Translations under genes and position numbers: made by a program
Notes under the pieces: generated by a model
Database searches by the model: none
The model's input: the letters and a program-made list of their open reading frames with translations, nothing else
Told to the model about the DNA's origin: nothing
Shown here: positions 1 through 16,800 of the stretch, in pieces
Position numbering within the stretch: the stretch's first letter is position 1
How the letters are laid out: every line of letters starts with the position of its first letter
Assembly: GCA_051294375.1 (NCBI GenBank)
Contig: CM119271.1
Location: 15,692,770-15,756,769, forward strand
Length of the DNA stretch: 64,000 bases
Origin: Paraspadella gotoi
Lineage: Eukaryota; Animalia; Chaetognatha
Reading direction: 5' to 3'

Positions 1-87
1 AATAAACAACCGCCTGGATAATTTTAAACAAACAAAAACGGCGCTAAAAGTTTGTATCCGGCGCTGAATGGAAAAAAGAAGAGGCGC

Positions 88-1576
88 TCAATCGAAGAGA
101 GAGAATCCCATGTCTTCGTCGGATTCTTCCTCGCTCTCCTCCTTCTTCTCCTCCTTCGCTTCCTCTTTCTCTTCGGGGGCAGCGCCGCCGCCGCCGCCGG
201 CCGACGCGGCGCCGCTCGAGGTGGCGACTCCTGCGCGATGAGGCGTGAGTTATGATTAAGAAAGATCTTTGAATTCACAACAGGTCATTTTTAATTTTTA
301 ATTTATTAATAGATTCATTCATTCATACATCCATTCATCCCTCCCAACCTGCGCCGACGGAGGCCGCGGCCGAGCCGAGGGACCCGAGCAAAGCCCCGAC
401 GTCGACGCCGTCCAAGGCTTTGGCGAAGAGGGTCGGCCAGTAGGGCTCGACGCTCACCCCGGCCGCCTTCAAGAGGGTGTTGATCTTGTCCGCGGTGATG
501 GAGATTCCTGAAGAAAATAGAAGATGAACTGAAGCAGATTAATTTGTGGTTCGTTTCAAATGAGATTGAGTTCTTCAATCTCATTTACATATTGTAGCAG
601 TTTAGATCATTTCTCATATCTTTTGATACGGTTTTCATAGTAGTCTTATTTTACGGTTTTAATAGGTTTTAATAATGATTTAGTTTTCCAATTATTATTC
701 AAATATTTTATTGGAGAATTTACAAATGGATCTAAAAGTCTCGATGATAGTCCGTTATTAATTCCTGCTATTTGTTATGTTATATCATTTTCGGTGCTGT
801 CACTCTACCAATAATACTATACTCTCTGGATGGTACTGATTTGGTAATAAATAAAACATATTACTGAAAAAAAAAGGATTTCAGGGTCGGTCTGAACCAT
901 TATGCTTTTTTCTTAGCTTACCAATTATAATATGTTAATCATTATGCATCTCGTTTAAAACTATTAATGTTAAGTTAACAATACAATAAATAATGAAATT
1001 AACCACTACTGTATTACTTCTCTCGCTCAGTTAAGCTTATCAGATATTAATTCATAGACGTTATTAAGTATAAGAGCAAGAAGAACAATGCGAGTGTTCT
1101 ACTACTAACCATAAGGTCAACAATAATAATAATAATATAATCTATCTAATACTTAAGGGAGTGGTCTTTTCATATAATTGAAACATTCTTTAAAATATTT
1201 TCCACTTCATTGATAGGGAAGCCAGGTACTCTGGGAGTGAATAAACGGGACTGTGAGAGAGTCTTGATTAAAAGCTTGCAGGGACCTTCTTATGTAATTA
1301 TCTTGTAAGAGTGATGGAGGCCTTAAACCACCAAAGCCTGTCCAAAGTCAGGGGCAAGATAGCTTATTTATTAAATAAATGGATAATTTTTATATTGGTT
1401 GTACCAATTTCATAAGATACCCCCCCCCCGTTAGAGTGGTGCATCGTCCGGGAAAGAGTCGCTCTCATTAACAATAACCAATCATGCACAATTGCAATAT
1501 GCAAAATGCTAATCTCACCATCGTCGTGAAGGATGAGGGCGGCGTAGATGCAGGCCAGTTCGTCGTTGGACGCCAT
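88..1576 (-). CDS. RPLP1: 60S acidic ribosomal protein P1 (3 exons: 1576-1519, 507-349, 230-88)
   Basis: Spliced at GT-AG sites gives [51 protein letters not shown]...EESDEDMGFSLFD*, with the P1 N-terminus and the conserved P-protein C-terminal motif. Confidence 0.97.
1150..1413 (+). mobile_element. Dispersed repeat family B (retroposon-like 3' end), copy in RPLP1 intron 1
   Basis: Shares gccaggtactctggga...aaagtcaggggcaagatagcttatttatt...ccaatttcataa with at least five other copies in the window; common 3' end with variable 5' truncation. Confidence 0.75.
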
Positions 1577-2399
1577 CTTTATTTAGACGATCGAGTTGTT
1601 TTATTTACTTTCAAAATTTTGTTTATTTAGTACAATTATGTTGTGCGAATCTCAGTGCAAGTCGGCAAGAACGCCCTTAGCTCCAGGGGGAGAACAAACA
1701 CCTTGAATACTAACAAGAGAGGAGAAAGAGTTAGTACTAAATTATGTAAAATTATTATTAATGTCATATATTATGTCAATCAAATAGTCAATGGGAAACT
1801 AAACTAGAATTTTTTAAAGGCCGATCGAATGATTTTTCAAACAGGAACTGGGGATTTACTTATAAAATACAATATAAAACAAAATTTATATAACAACGTA
1901 TCCAGTATTTTTGAGACCAAGCACTTGAGGTTTATTAAATTCGCAATATCAGAAGCCTCTACCCAGAACTGGCCTTATTGTGATGTTGTAAAAAATTTGG
2001 CACCAAGATTACGGATTAACATTAACAAAAAGGAGCAGCGGAATCGAAACATAAATAACAGCTAAACGAACTTATCGTCAATCCTTAAGCTAAACAGACG
2101 AACATTTAACAATTTTCTCACTATATCCAAGTATAAAAAAATAGTATCAAGCTAAAGAATTAAAAATCCAACAATAAAAATAGATTTTCCAAAAAAATAT
2201 GGTATGAGAGTTTTGAGCAAAAACAACAGAAATTGTTACCGCGTTTTTGGCAAGGGTGAATTATTAAACAGGCATTATATTTCCAACATGGAATAGTCAC
2301 CGATTAATTAATGCAGCATCAAGTTTAGAATCAAGTATAAAAAATATAGAGAATAAAAACTTTTAATAAACTTGCGATAAACTAAAATTGTTGTCAATC

Positions 2400-4540
2400 T
2401 TAAAGCCTCTCAAATTGGTTGCAGTTTGCTTCTTTTTCTTCCTCCTCCTCTTCCTCCTCCGTTTCTCCGCGAAAGATCTCCCGATACAATTCTGGCAGTC
2501 TGACTCTTGGAGTCTCGGCTTCGGCCAACTCTCTCGTCAGCGCCTTCAAGACTCTGGAATGGCTGAGACTGATTTGTCTCAATGCGGCCATTCGAGTCAA
2601 GAGTTTTCCCAGAGTTTCGTCCACTTCCGACGAATGCGACCGTCTCAACTCGCTCCTCAAGGAGGCGACAATGGCCTCGCGCGCGACGACGACGCCTTCC
2701 GCGTCGCGGAGACTTCCCGCGCTACCGCCGCAGCCTCCGAGATCCGGGGTCATCAGCACGGCGGCGCAGTATAGCGCCAACGCTCGCTCCGTGAGTCCCA
2801 TGATACGCAAATTGCGACAAAATTCGAATACGTTGAGGACGAGGTGGCGCTCTTCGCTCTCTGCAGCGCCGGCTGCGGCTGCGTTGCGAAAAGCGGCGAC
2901 GGGGAATCGGGCGCCGCCGAAGACGACGGTGTCGGCGTCGAGGAGACGGGAGAGGCGGACGACGCCGATCTCGAAGGCGGCGCCTTTGAGGAGGAGGATT
3001 TGGTCATCTTGGGTGAGACGGAGGAAACCGGGGATCTGAGATATGAAGTGATGAAGTGAGGATTTAGAAGGGATAAAGTGGGGGATGGAGTGGGTCATGG
3101 TTTAAAAGATAAAATCTTTAGAAATATATTTATAGTTTTATTTCAATTTCTAATCCAATTTTTACTAAAAAAAAAATCTTTTTGAAGTTTAAATTGTCAT
3201 AAGCTATTATCAATTGATCAAAACTGACCATCTTGGCGAATTCGATGATTCTCTGAAGGGAAAGGCTGAATTGATCGACGGCCTCTTGCCACAAAAAGAA
3301 TCGACGCTCGAGTCGATCGCGTCGCGACTTGACGGCCAAATAGATCGGGGACGACTTCCCCGACGAATCGTCGGCGTCGATCGCTAGGAGGCGCCCTAGC
3401 TCCGCCTCCGAGTAAAGGCAGGTGCGGCGGTGCGCCTCTAACACCGCGTCCGCCAGGGACGAGTCCGCCTCCGGCGTCGGGGAAGAGCGACGAGGAATAT
3501 CCTTCGCAGCGTCGGAAGGAAGTTCGGAAAAGTTGAAAGAGGACGAGGAGTCGGAGGAAGAGGCGACCGAGGAGCTAGACAAAGGAGAAGAGGAAGAGGG
3601 AAAAAAGGTCGAGTTGGACGAAGGAGAAGAAGCGAAAGTCGAGCTGGATGAAGCTGAATCGGAAGAAGCTAAAATCAATCTCGATTGGGTTAAATCTAAA
3701 CCGTTTCCTTTTAATTCCTGGATGGAGCTAATCGGGCCTAAGTAACATGGGCGACGATGATGACTAGAGGACTTGTTGAAAAATTGTCCCGACTCTGCGT
3801 CCAACTTGACGCTTCCGCGGATGAAGAGGGGCGTCCTACTCGACGATATCTCACTTCCTCCTCCACCGCCGACCATGGACGCCTCGTCGGCCACTTTTTG
3901 TCGTTGTCTCTTCGACATCCTTCCGTATTTGACGGCGTCTTTCGACATTCCAAGAGCCAAGCACTTTTGGAGGCGACAGTATTGGCAACGGTTCCGGCTC
4001 GAACGGTCCACGTCGCAGGAGCGGGACATGGCGCAGTGGTAGTTGGCGACGGCGCCAGGGGCCAAACTGCGACGGAAGAAGCCCTTGCAGGGGAAAACAA
4101 TTTTAAAGGAGGAATAATATGATTAACACTGATTGCATGTTGCAGTATTTCAGTTTCTTTTTTGTCTAAATGTTATGACTCCGACTAATAAAGTGATTGA
4201 ACATTAAAACTACGAGTCTCACCTTACAGCCTTCACAAGTGAAGACTCCGTAGTGAACGCCGCTCGATCGATCCCCGCAGACTTTGCAAGGGATGCTCTC
4301 GATCTGCGCGCGGACGAGCGACGCAGCAGCTTTTTTAGGATCGCGGCTCTGGCGCTGCTGAGGCCGCTGGGGCTGTTGTAGAGTGGAAAGCCCCGGCTGC
4401 TCGGGTTGGGATAGAGAAGAGGTGGCGGTGGCGTCCGGCCGGAAGTCGTCAGCGGCGAATCGAAACAAGTCGACGACTGATTCGTCTTCCATTCGTCGCG
4501 ACGCTTCCGTCGTCGTCGTCGTCTCCATCATCGCCGCCAT
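2400..4540 (-). CDS. HR3: Nuclear receptor of the HR3/ROR (NR1F) group (exons 4540-4223, 4083-3229, 3035-2400)
   Basis: [29 protein letters not shown]|[38 protein letters not shown] (ROR-type C-terminal extension), LBD signature IIEFAKM|[19 protein letters not shown]-2-like PELYREIF. Confidence 0.9.
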
Positions 4541-5671
4541 TTTGTCTTTGTTTTGGCTTTTGTTTTTATTTCAAAACTCCGCTTTCAGTTTTGGTTAGAC
4601 CGATTTGTTCTTTCGTATCTTAGGCTTTTTTTTTTAATTTTTAATTTCTCCGTCGCTTTAATCTCGCCGTTGCCACAAAAATCCAAACGAAAGAAAAGTC
4701 CATCTGACGGCGAAAGAAACGACACAAGACCGAATTCAGTGAAAAAAAAAACCAAATGAACAAATCATGAAAGCGAAGGAAATAAAAAAGAGCATCGAAT
4801 ATCTAGTCAATTATCACAGAAAAAACAAAAAACCGAGATAATTTTAAATTTTTGGGAAAAAACGTAAACAAAACAAAAAAAAAACCGATTCACTTTTCGA
4901 ATTCTGAATTTTTTAAATTTTTTTTTGTTTTCGCTTCTAATTTCGCCGTCAGTCGAATTAGTAAATAATTCACGTCACCGTATAGATATAAAGTTGCTAA
5001 TGACACAATTCTGACTAGAAAATATAAGAGAGACTCGATGACGATATTTATAAACGAATATCACTAAAAAATAAAGAGAATAAAGAGGATCGAGTTTGGG
5101 TGCGAATCTCGGATAAAAGGGATTTTTTTTGGGGATGAGGCGGCTTATTATCTTGCGCGCGGCGAAAAATAAATTCACGCTTTTATAATTATAATAATTA
5201 CATTCTTACAAATCAAATATCAATTTAGCATAAAACAAAAGTGAATATAAATGACTACTTTCATCCTAAACATTTTGGTCCGATCGTCGAAAGCAAGATT
5301 TAGCCCCTGCAAGAATTAATAAGGTAGTGATAATTTTTTTAAAAAATATTAATAGAAAGGAGGAGTTAAAAGAGTATAATAGTCTGCGTCCATTTGCTCA
5401 ATTCTTCTTTTTTATTTTAAACCGAAGCGTCCAGATTGTCTGCATTAGATTCGGCGACGAATAAAGCGAAGAGGAATCTTTACAGTAAATTCTTTTTATT
5501 TTTCTAATTTCAGCTTTAAAAGGGTTTTTCATCGCTATAGCAACCGTTTTCTCAAAAGTAAAAAAAAAAAATTAAACTGGAATGATTTTTAAAACGTCCC
5601 TCTACACTCGGAAATAAAGTTTCTTTTCCCCCACCCCTTCTACTTCCCCCCCCCCACAACCCCGGGGTGTT

Positions 5672-8958
<3,287 letters not shown>

Positions 8959-9757
8959 GGTCGACGATGGGTCAAGTGGATCGAAACAAAAGAGAATTAA
9001 AGACGAGAAGGAAACTGACAATCTCCTTGGTTGTTGTTGTTGTTGTTGTTATTGTTGTCGGTACGGCGGAGTTTCTCGGCGCGAGTCAATCACTTCTTTA
9101 TATTGAGGTTTTACTCAAGATTCAAAAACGAGCCGGAGTTTTGTCAAACAACGTTTTGAGGGAGGGGGGTATGTCTTTCGTGAGGGTGGGTTATTTGTAG
9201 TATTGAGACGATGTATGTACATATATAAAGTACGTAAAAACTAAAAAAACGATAACAGTTTTAGAATATATAAAATACTGCAGTTTATGTCTCGCTATTG
9301 TGATTTGGCAGGGTCTTTGGTGATTTCGTGTAAGATCGGGGAAGTGAAGTGAGGTGGGATATAAACTCGATATATTTTTTAAGGTCGTATTTTTTATTTG
9401 TTTGTTTGTTTGGTTTTTTTGTTTTGTTTATTTGTTTAGCGTAATAAATCGGTTATGAAGGGAGTTATTTGCCTACTTAAGTTTTTTTCCGATGGTTTTT
9501 TTTTTAATACACACGACGTTACGAACAAATTTGTAATGCATTTATAAATCTATAAAACATTATAAAATCGCGAAGGTCACGAATAAATAAACGTAAATGC
9601 TAATCGAGAGCATAAAAAAAGAACTGGTGGAAGAATGAGGATGTAGAAAATGTGATGCAACAAATAGTAATGATGGAACGCTAAAACATAACTAAATATA
9701 TAAACTAAAAGAGTACGTGTAAACTAAAAAAGTTAAATTGTCTACGTCCTCCCTTTC

Positions 9758-12700
9758 CTATCTAAACTTCTCCAACTGTCTGACGATCCCTTCCCGAGCA
9801 GCGACGGCCTTCAACGCCGCTTCTTTCTCTTTCTTCGTCGGCGTCCTCTTCTTGGAGTGGCACTCCAGCATCCTTCTATAGCACTCCATCACTTCGTTGT
9901 CGGCGTGACCCAGTTTCTTACGCAACTCCTGCTTGGCCGTCTCGTCCTTGGCCCGTTTTAGGAGAGCGGAGAGAGTGGTGCGGTTCTTCTCCGACAACTG
10001 GCGCGATAATGAAAACAATATTTATAATATATAATAATCTAATAATATAATATGACAACGGAGAGACATGTGTGATGCCCGGGGTGTGAGGAATCTCCCA
10101 ACAACTGGCGCTAGGGTGACCAAGTCCAGGGAGACTGTCTTGAGAGTAGACGGACTCTTTGCCACAGAGAGAGAGCGAGCGAGTGAACGACAAGCAGGAA
10201 ATAGGCGTGGGATTCATACCCTTTAGAGACGACGTGAGCGACGGTACGCAGCAGTTGCGTGTTCGATAGTAGGGTTCACCACTTATGGCATATGTGATGC
10301 CTGGGGTGTGAAGCATCTCCCAACAGCTGGAGCCCAGGGCTTTGGACCTGCAGTGACCACCCTATGTCACTTGCGCGCTTACGCCAACACCATCACATTT
10401 AACCAGCATGACCATCAGGGGATTGAACCCGTAACACATGGTTGGTGAACGAGTACTTGGCTATCCAAGCCAATGGGACGAGTCGAGTTTCATCAAGCTA
10501 TACGGGAGGCGAATTTAGGATTCACCACAATAAAACTAAATTAATAGCATTAATATAGTTTTATTGTGGTGAATCCTAAATTCGCCTTCCTTATAGCTTG
10601 GTGAAACTCAGCATTAATAATATCTACTCAGCATTAATAATACCTAATAATTATTCCTTTTACCTAATACAACTTTATTGATAAGGAAGCCAAGCACTCT
10701 GGGACTTAATAAAGAGAAAGAAAATTGAAAGTAAAAAGTTTGCAGGGTTATTATTGAGTAACAGGATGGAGGAATTCATTCTGCATAGCCTCTCTGAAGT
10801 CAAGGTACAAGATAGCTTTGTTTTGTTAGTTCTACCAATTTTATAAATATTCAACCACTTTCAAATAGTACAGTATAATAAATGCTATATTAAGTACTCG
10901 CCTCGGCCAGTTCCGCCCCAATTCTCTTCATCTCAGCGAGGGTGGCTTCGTCTGAAGATTCAATGGTCAAGTGGCTCGTCGAGGTCTTCTTCTCGGAGAC
11001 GAGTTCATCGTCAGCGTCTCTGCCGTCGTCCTCGACGTCATCGTCTTCCAGAATTCCGAGATCGAAGAGTTCCCGTTGAATCCTTCGCTCGAGCGCCGCC
11101 ATGCTGCCGAGGCCGAGATTCCGCGCCAGGGCGGTCGGCGAGATGCTGGAGTCACCGTTGCACAAGCCCGTCTGGTCGGCACCGCTATTGAGGAGGGCCT
11201 CGGGCAAGGAATCGGCGGCGCCGTCGACGAGGGCGCTGACGAGGCGCTGAGCAAGCGGTCCCAGCCCGGACTCTGAGTTCTCCAAATCGATGTCGGCGCG
11301 GCGTGAGTAAATCAGCGCCGAAGGATTTTTGTTCACGGCGGACTTGGCGGCGCCCACGTCGTCCCTCGGCGTCGTAGGCGTCGCCCACTCGAGCAATTCT
11401 TCGTCCAGCTCGCTCCCTTTGATGAGATCCTCCAAAAACTTCAAATCGCCGGCGCCGATCTCCGCGCAAAACGGTTCCACAAGACTCCAAAACTTGTTGG
11501 GCGTCTCGTTTTGCGGCGCGCCGGGCGGAGCTGTCGTCGCGGACGCCGGCGTGGGCGGCGCGACGGGAATGACGGGCGGAGGAGGGGCAGGGGGCGGGCA
11601 GGGGCTGCCCTTGCTCTTTTTAAAGGGTCGTTCGTCGATGGAGGCGGAGAGTTTTCCACCGGCGCCGCGTTTCCCCGGAGAGGAGGAGGAAGAGGAAGAG
11701 GAGACGGCGACAAGACGCGGGTCGACGTCGCCGGAGGATTTGGAGGAGGAGGAGGATTTGGAGGAGGAGGAGGAGGATTTTGAGGAGGAGGAGGATGAGG
11801 AGACGAAAGGGCGGATGTCGCTGTTTTCGGGCCAAGAATTGATGTTTTGGGCTTCGCCTGTTTACGGGAAGCGAGTGAAAAAAAAAAGTTGCATAAACCG
11901 AGTAATTTCTTTATTCAGATTTACGTAAAAGTGTCGCAATGAAAGTTGATTTACTAATTTACAATTTAATTTTTAATTAAAATTTTTGTTCAGTACTTAA
12001 TCCTAATTGAAACATTGTCCCACTTACGTTAAAAATGCTCTTATTGTATTGTATTGTATTGTATTTATTCATACAGCGGGTCTGAGGACCATGGGCCACA
12101 GTGGTTTTATAAAAACACAAAGCAGATAACAGAGATACAAGCAGTAATACAATAAGTATGACATTAGAAAATTAGATTTCCAGAAACTGAGTAAATTTAA
12201 GCAATGAATAAATTTTTCCTAATAGAAAAAAGGCCAATTCTACATAAAAACAAAAAACTACACAGTTTCATATATTAACGGAACATTACTTAAAAAGGCA
12301 ATCGGACTAATGTGATTTCCCAAATACGGGTATTTATTAATATCTTTGATATACTCCGGAAGGAGCGGAGACGAGTTCATTAAACTAACAAATTGGGAAT
12401 GTGCTCGTCTGAATATTCTAAATCGTAAGTCTCGTAAGCCTAATGAATCTAAAACTATTTTATTAGACATTTTTCTTAACTTGCAAATAGATCGGTTGCT
12501 CATTTGTCAAGACAGAAAAAAACCTCAAATCTAAGGGACTGCTAGCGCCGCCATCAGGAAATAACAGACAAAAGACAAAATTCCGATGCAGTGCTTGTCA
12601 TAAATACAAGGGCGAAGAAAGTTATGGTAGTCATGTAGTCATGTAATGTCACAAGAAACGCATGTGATAAGGCAGTCACTGCGGCGGAACACATTTGAAT

Positions 12701-13550
12701 TACCGTTCTTGTTTAATTCATTTTGAAAAACAATAACAGAAAAATTTGTTTTAATTGAAATTTTGTGACTCAAAGGATTGAATTAGGAGTTGGCCACGAA
12801 TACTGGTTACAGTGACATTCTTAACATGTTTAAATTTATTTCTAAGATCTACTGTTCGAAAAATTTAGTTCTCAAAAGAATAGTCGCATTCTTTAATGAT
12901 TGAAATATTGTCCTCAATAACTTTTACCTTGTTTTGTCGATAGTGGTAGATTTCATTGATCTTTAATCTTAATTTTGTTTGATGCTCATGTATGGACTGA
13001 ATCAACCTCGTCGAATTCGAAATAAAACGCATATAATATGAGGAATTCTACCAAAAACAGAACTACCACAAACAGTTAAGTGGGTCTGGTAACTTGACTC
13101 GCGCAACCAAATTAAACCTCTTACTGATTTTATTTTTTGCACTAAATTGTCTAAATTGTCCTGACATTTGACTAGCAATTTCTCCGACGTGAACTTTTAA
13201 AAACTCGCCCAATAACGAAATCAGTCGGGACTCACTTTCTAAGAGGCGCATTCGCTTGGAGACGTCACTGAGGAGATTCTCAAGTTCGAGTTGCAGGGAA
13301 TCGAGTTCGTCTTCCCCGACGCCGTCGTCTTCCCCTCGCTGCAGCACCCCCGTGAATCGGGGGCAAAACTAAAAGACGGGGAACATTTTAAAGTATAGAA
13401 AAACGTTTTTTAGTAATATTATTAATTAATTAAAAGTAATTAGAGTCGACTTACCCGCGAGTGGTCGAAGACTTTAAACTCGGGAAACATTTGTGTCTCG
13501 TCTTCCGCTTTTTTTCCGTCGCTTTTCATTCCTTTTCCTTTAGACTTCAT
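9758..13550 (-). CDS. TADA3: Transcriptional adapter 3, SAGA/ATAC HAT module (exons 13550-13455, 13368-13209, 11857-10902, 9997-9758)
   Basis: FPEFKVFDHSR|FCPRFTGVLQRGEDDGVGEDELDSLQLELENLLS, PNKFWSLVEPFCAEI, GPLAQRLVSALV, ADNEVMECYRRM...PTKKEKE match TADA3; two junctions require GC-AG introns. Confidence 0.9.
10070..10485 (-). mobile_element. tRNA-derived SINE family A, diverged copy with internal partial repeat in TADA3 intron 3
   Basis: Reverse complement has gggttcaatccc (B-box-like), ttaaatgtga, gtgac...gtcact and gccataagtggtgaaccctact..cgaacacgca shared with 23333-24059. Confidence 0.7.
10485..10609. repeat. Inverted repeat, arms about 54 bp
   Basis: gagtttcatcaagctata..ggaggcgaatttaggattcaccacaataaaacta is the near-perfect reverse complement of tagttttattgtggtgaatcctaaattcgccttcc..tatagcttggtgaaactc. 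Confidence 0.9.
10678..10845 (+). mobile_element. Repeat family B, diverged copy
   Basis: gataaggaagccaagcactctgggac...aagtcaaggtacaagatagc...ccaattttataa. Confidence 0.65.
12043..12530 (-). mobile_element. Probable 3' fragment of a non-LTR retrotransposon in TADA3 intron 2
   Basis: On the minus strand a short ORF remnant (12503-12258) is followed by AATAAA and a (TACAA)n tail, as at LINE 3' ends; no RT motif visible. Confidence 0.4.
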
Positions 13551-13819
13551 TTTTTCTTTGTTTATTTTTATCTTTTGAGTTTCTTAAAAGTTTTTTTTAA
13601 TTGTGTCTCTCAAGATTTGAGTCTCGATTTTGTAAACGAACCATTTGAAAGAAAAATCAAACATATAACAAACGAAATTATAATAAGTGAACAAGAAAAA
13701 GTATAAAAAAACTCGAAAAAACCAAATCTCGAAAGGACGAAAATCCTTCTCCAACGATGAAAAACGAAAACGAAAGAAAAAAAACAACAAAAAAAACATT
13801 AGATTCTATCGTATTGCAT

Positions 13820-16800
13820 TCAGAATCTGGCGTGGACGGATTCTAAGAGCCTGACCCCACCGAGGACGGGCCTGACGGTGGCTCCTTCGCCCGCCATCGT
13901 CTTGAGCACCACCAGGCGGTAGAAAAGGAAGGGAAGTCGATTGTCGAAGGCGAAGACGAGATCTCGACCGCGAGAGTTGGCGGCGTCGTCGACGCGAATG
14001 AGGGAAGTCCAATCGTCGTCGGCACGAGACTTGGCCTGTCGGACCCAAAAGTCGGATTTCTACATTCCTTTATTATTTTAGTAAAGAGTTAAGAATTGGC
14101 TAATTCACTCAATCTTTCCTCTCATTCGACTCCATTTCTAAATATCTTCGCCTTTCGTATCTCGTTTAGTCTCACTCTTTGTCTCTGTCTCTGTCTGCAT
14201 CTTCCGATTTATGTCTCTCTTTCTTTCTATCACTCACTTCACTTCACTCGCTCACACTCTTTTTATCAGTCTTTTATCAGCTCTTTTTACATCTTCCTCA
14301 TCCCATTTACTACAAAGAGAAATCCGACTCTCGATAGACAACAGGCCTCGAATATAAAGGAAGAGGGATCCGCGAATTCGCCACCTCCTTTCCCTCCTTC
14401 AACGATTTGAAAGACGAGAGTGGCGACGGCGGCGGGGCGTGAGAGACGACACGACCACGATTGCGGGAGACGCGTCTCGGCCGAGCGCCAGTGGCCGCCC
14501 GTCTGTCCGTTGGCGCCGATCGGGCGGAGGTGGGCGATGGCGCGTTCGGGCCCGAATTCCTCCGAGACGGAGACGGCATCGGCGGAGAAGGCGGCGCCGG
14601 GATCCGCGGCCAGGTTGGGGTTGTGCTCCGGATTAACGGGGCGGATGGAGAGAGGGAGAACGGAGGGCGGAGCACGGGTGGGAGGGAAGTAACGGACGGA
14701 TTCGGCTTTGAAGCCTTTTTTTTATGAACAAATGAGAAATAAAAAGACAACTCAATAAATTAAAGACACAACGTCAAAGACTTCATTTTAATACCCGCCC
14801 TTCCGGTAGAATTGCTTAGACAGCTCTTCCGTTTTCTACTCTCGGTGACGCCCGCAGCCGCCGCCGCCCCAGCCGCGACGGCACGCGACTTTCTGCTGCG
14901 AGACTTGACTCGTTTCGGTTTGGAGGAATCGTCGCTCGCTTCTTCGTCTTCGCTCTTGCGAGAGGGAAATCGCGAATTATCTTGTTAATATATATTATGG
15001 TGGACTAAAATCCACCAACCGTTCATCAGCGGCCATTGGTGCCGGAGGCAAGTCATTCGCCTCCCAACCCAAAGGTCCGGGGTTCTAGCCCGGTGGTCGT
15101 CTGGCAGTTAAGAGAGACGGGGCGCTTAACCCGCCTGTAACATGGTGTTACAGCCTGATCCGAAGCTCAGGGACTGCTTACATTGAACGGTTCTGTCATT
15201 AACACTTATCAATTATTACTGTCTCTTCAATATATATATTAATAAATTTATCTAACCATAAAATATATGTATAAACGTTTTAAATAAATAAGACGAGTTT
15301 TAAATATTAAATTAAGCATTTTTAAAATCGTTTTAATCCGCGATTTCCTTCCCCCTTCCTCCCCTTAAAGTTGGGATCATTCCCCTCGTTATCCTCGACG
15401 CCCGATCGTTCCCGCTCTTCCTCTTCCTGCTGCAGCTCATCTTCTTCCTCTTCTTCCACGTCCGATGTCTCCACGTATTTGGCGGCCTTCTTGGCGCGCC
15501 TCTGCCGCACCGGGCGTTCTCTTCGCTCAACCTGCGCCGCCGCCGCCGCACAATTGTCAGGAGCGCCGTTCCTTTCTCGCCCATCCTCGATCCGGTCCAG
15601 GTTGTACTTTTTCTTGTAGCTAAAGTAAAACTTGCGAATCTGGGCGACGGTTTTGGTCGGGACTTTGGCGGCGATGAGGAAGAAGTTTGGTCCGTGGTCG
15701 CCGACGGCTTGGAGGAGACCGAGGATCTCTTCCCGACTCCAGTTGGCCTGTTGGAGTCGTGAGAGGAAACAAAAATAGACAAAAAGATTAAAGAGAAATT
15801 CGTTGACGAAAGTGAAAAATTTATTCTCAACAATTTCGTTCACTGATCTGAGATCTGCCCCCATGACAAGCCTGAGGAGAGGAGAAAGAGTTAGCGCCTT
15901 CGCTCGGAGCCGACGTCTCCGAAGTCTTCGCAGGATTGGCCGGCGACGGTGCGGCCACCGCCGAAGCAGCAGCCGCCGCCTCCGCCACTTCGGCGGCGTC
16001 GATATCGGGAAAGTCGAATTTCATGGAATGCTCGTTCCGGTTGTGATCATATTTGTGGCGCATGTTGGGAAAGGGAAGAGAGCACTCGTTGCAGCGAAGG
16101 TGGTTGTGGCTGGTGTGGGCGGGGGCCAGGTCGAAGGGGAGCCTGTCGTAGAAGCATTCCACGGCCAGGGACTTGGGAAGTTGTTGGGAATCAATAATTT
16201 ATTTCATTAATGTTTCACCGAAAAGCGATAAGTCCAGCACGACTTCCTTTTTATATTTATTATAAATTTAGGATCTTTTTAATTGGGTCATTAAAGTTTG
16301 TGACTTATTCAACTAAATAACTAAATTGTCTCAACTCGGCTCAATTAAGTAAACAGATCCTCCGCTATCGTAGTTCATAACTATTAGTTACTAACTAGTT
16401 AGTTATTAACTAACTTTGCCAAACTTGGACTTGTGAAACTTGTCGGCGTGTTTGGTCTTGAGCAAAGGGTCGAGAAAAAAGAGCCGACAAGGCACGCACG
16501 CGCATTGTTGCAGCAAGTGGTCCGCGCCCTCGGCCGGGGCGAGGGTTGAAAAGTCGAAAGAACTGGAAGGCGAACGGGAGATGGTTTGAAATAGTATTAT
16601 ATATATTATATATATATATTATATTATATATAATTAAATAGCCTTGCACTCGGTTGAATCTTGCGAGAAAATACTGAAAATTGACCCTCAGCGTCTCGCT
16701 TACGTGGAGATTTTCGTCTCGATTTATATCTTTCAACTCTTTTAATCAAATTTCATCCGGTATCCGGAACTTCAATTCCGCGGGCAAACTCGGTCGACCA

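Noticed and set aside
15350-15400. Apparent non-canonical GG donor (AAG|gggagg) after the SANT2 exon
   Set aside because: An in-phase GT donor (GGC|gtcgag) lies just upstream, so a GG donor is not required.
14330-15880. Two further possible GC donors in the CoREST-like gene (GAG|gcctgt, CAG|gcttgt)
   Set aside because: In-phase GT alternatives exist; not counted without cDNA.
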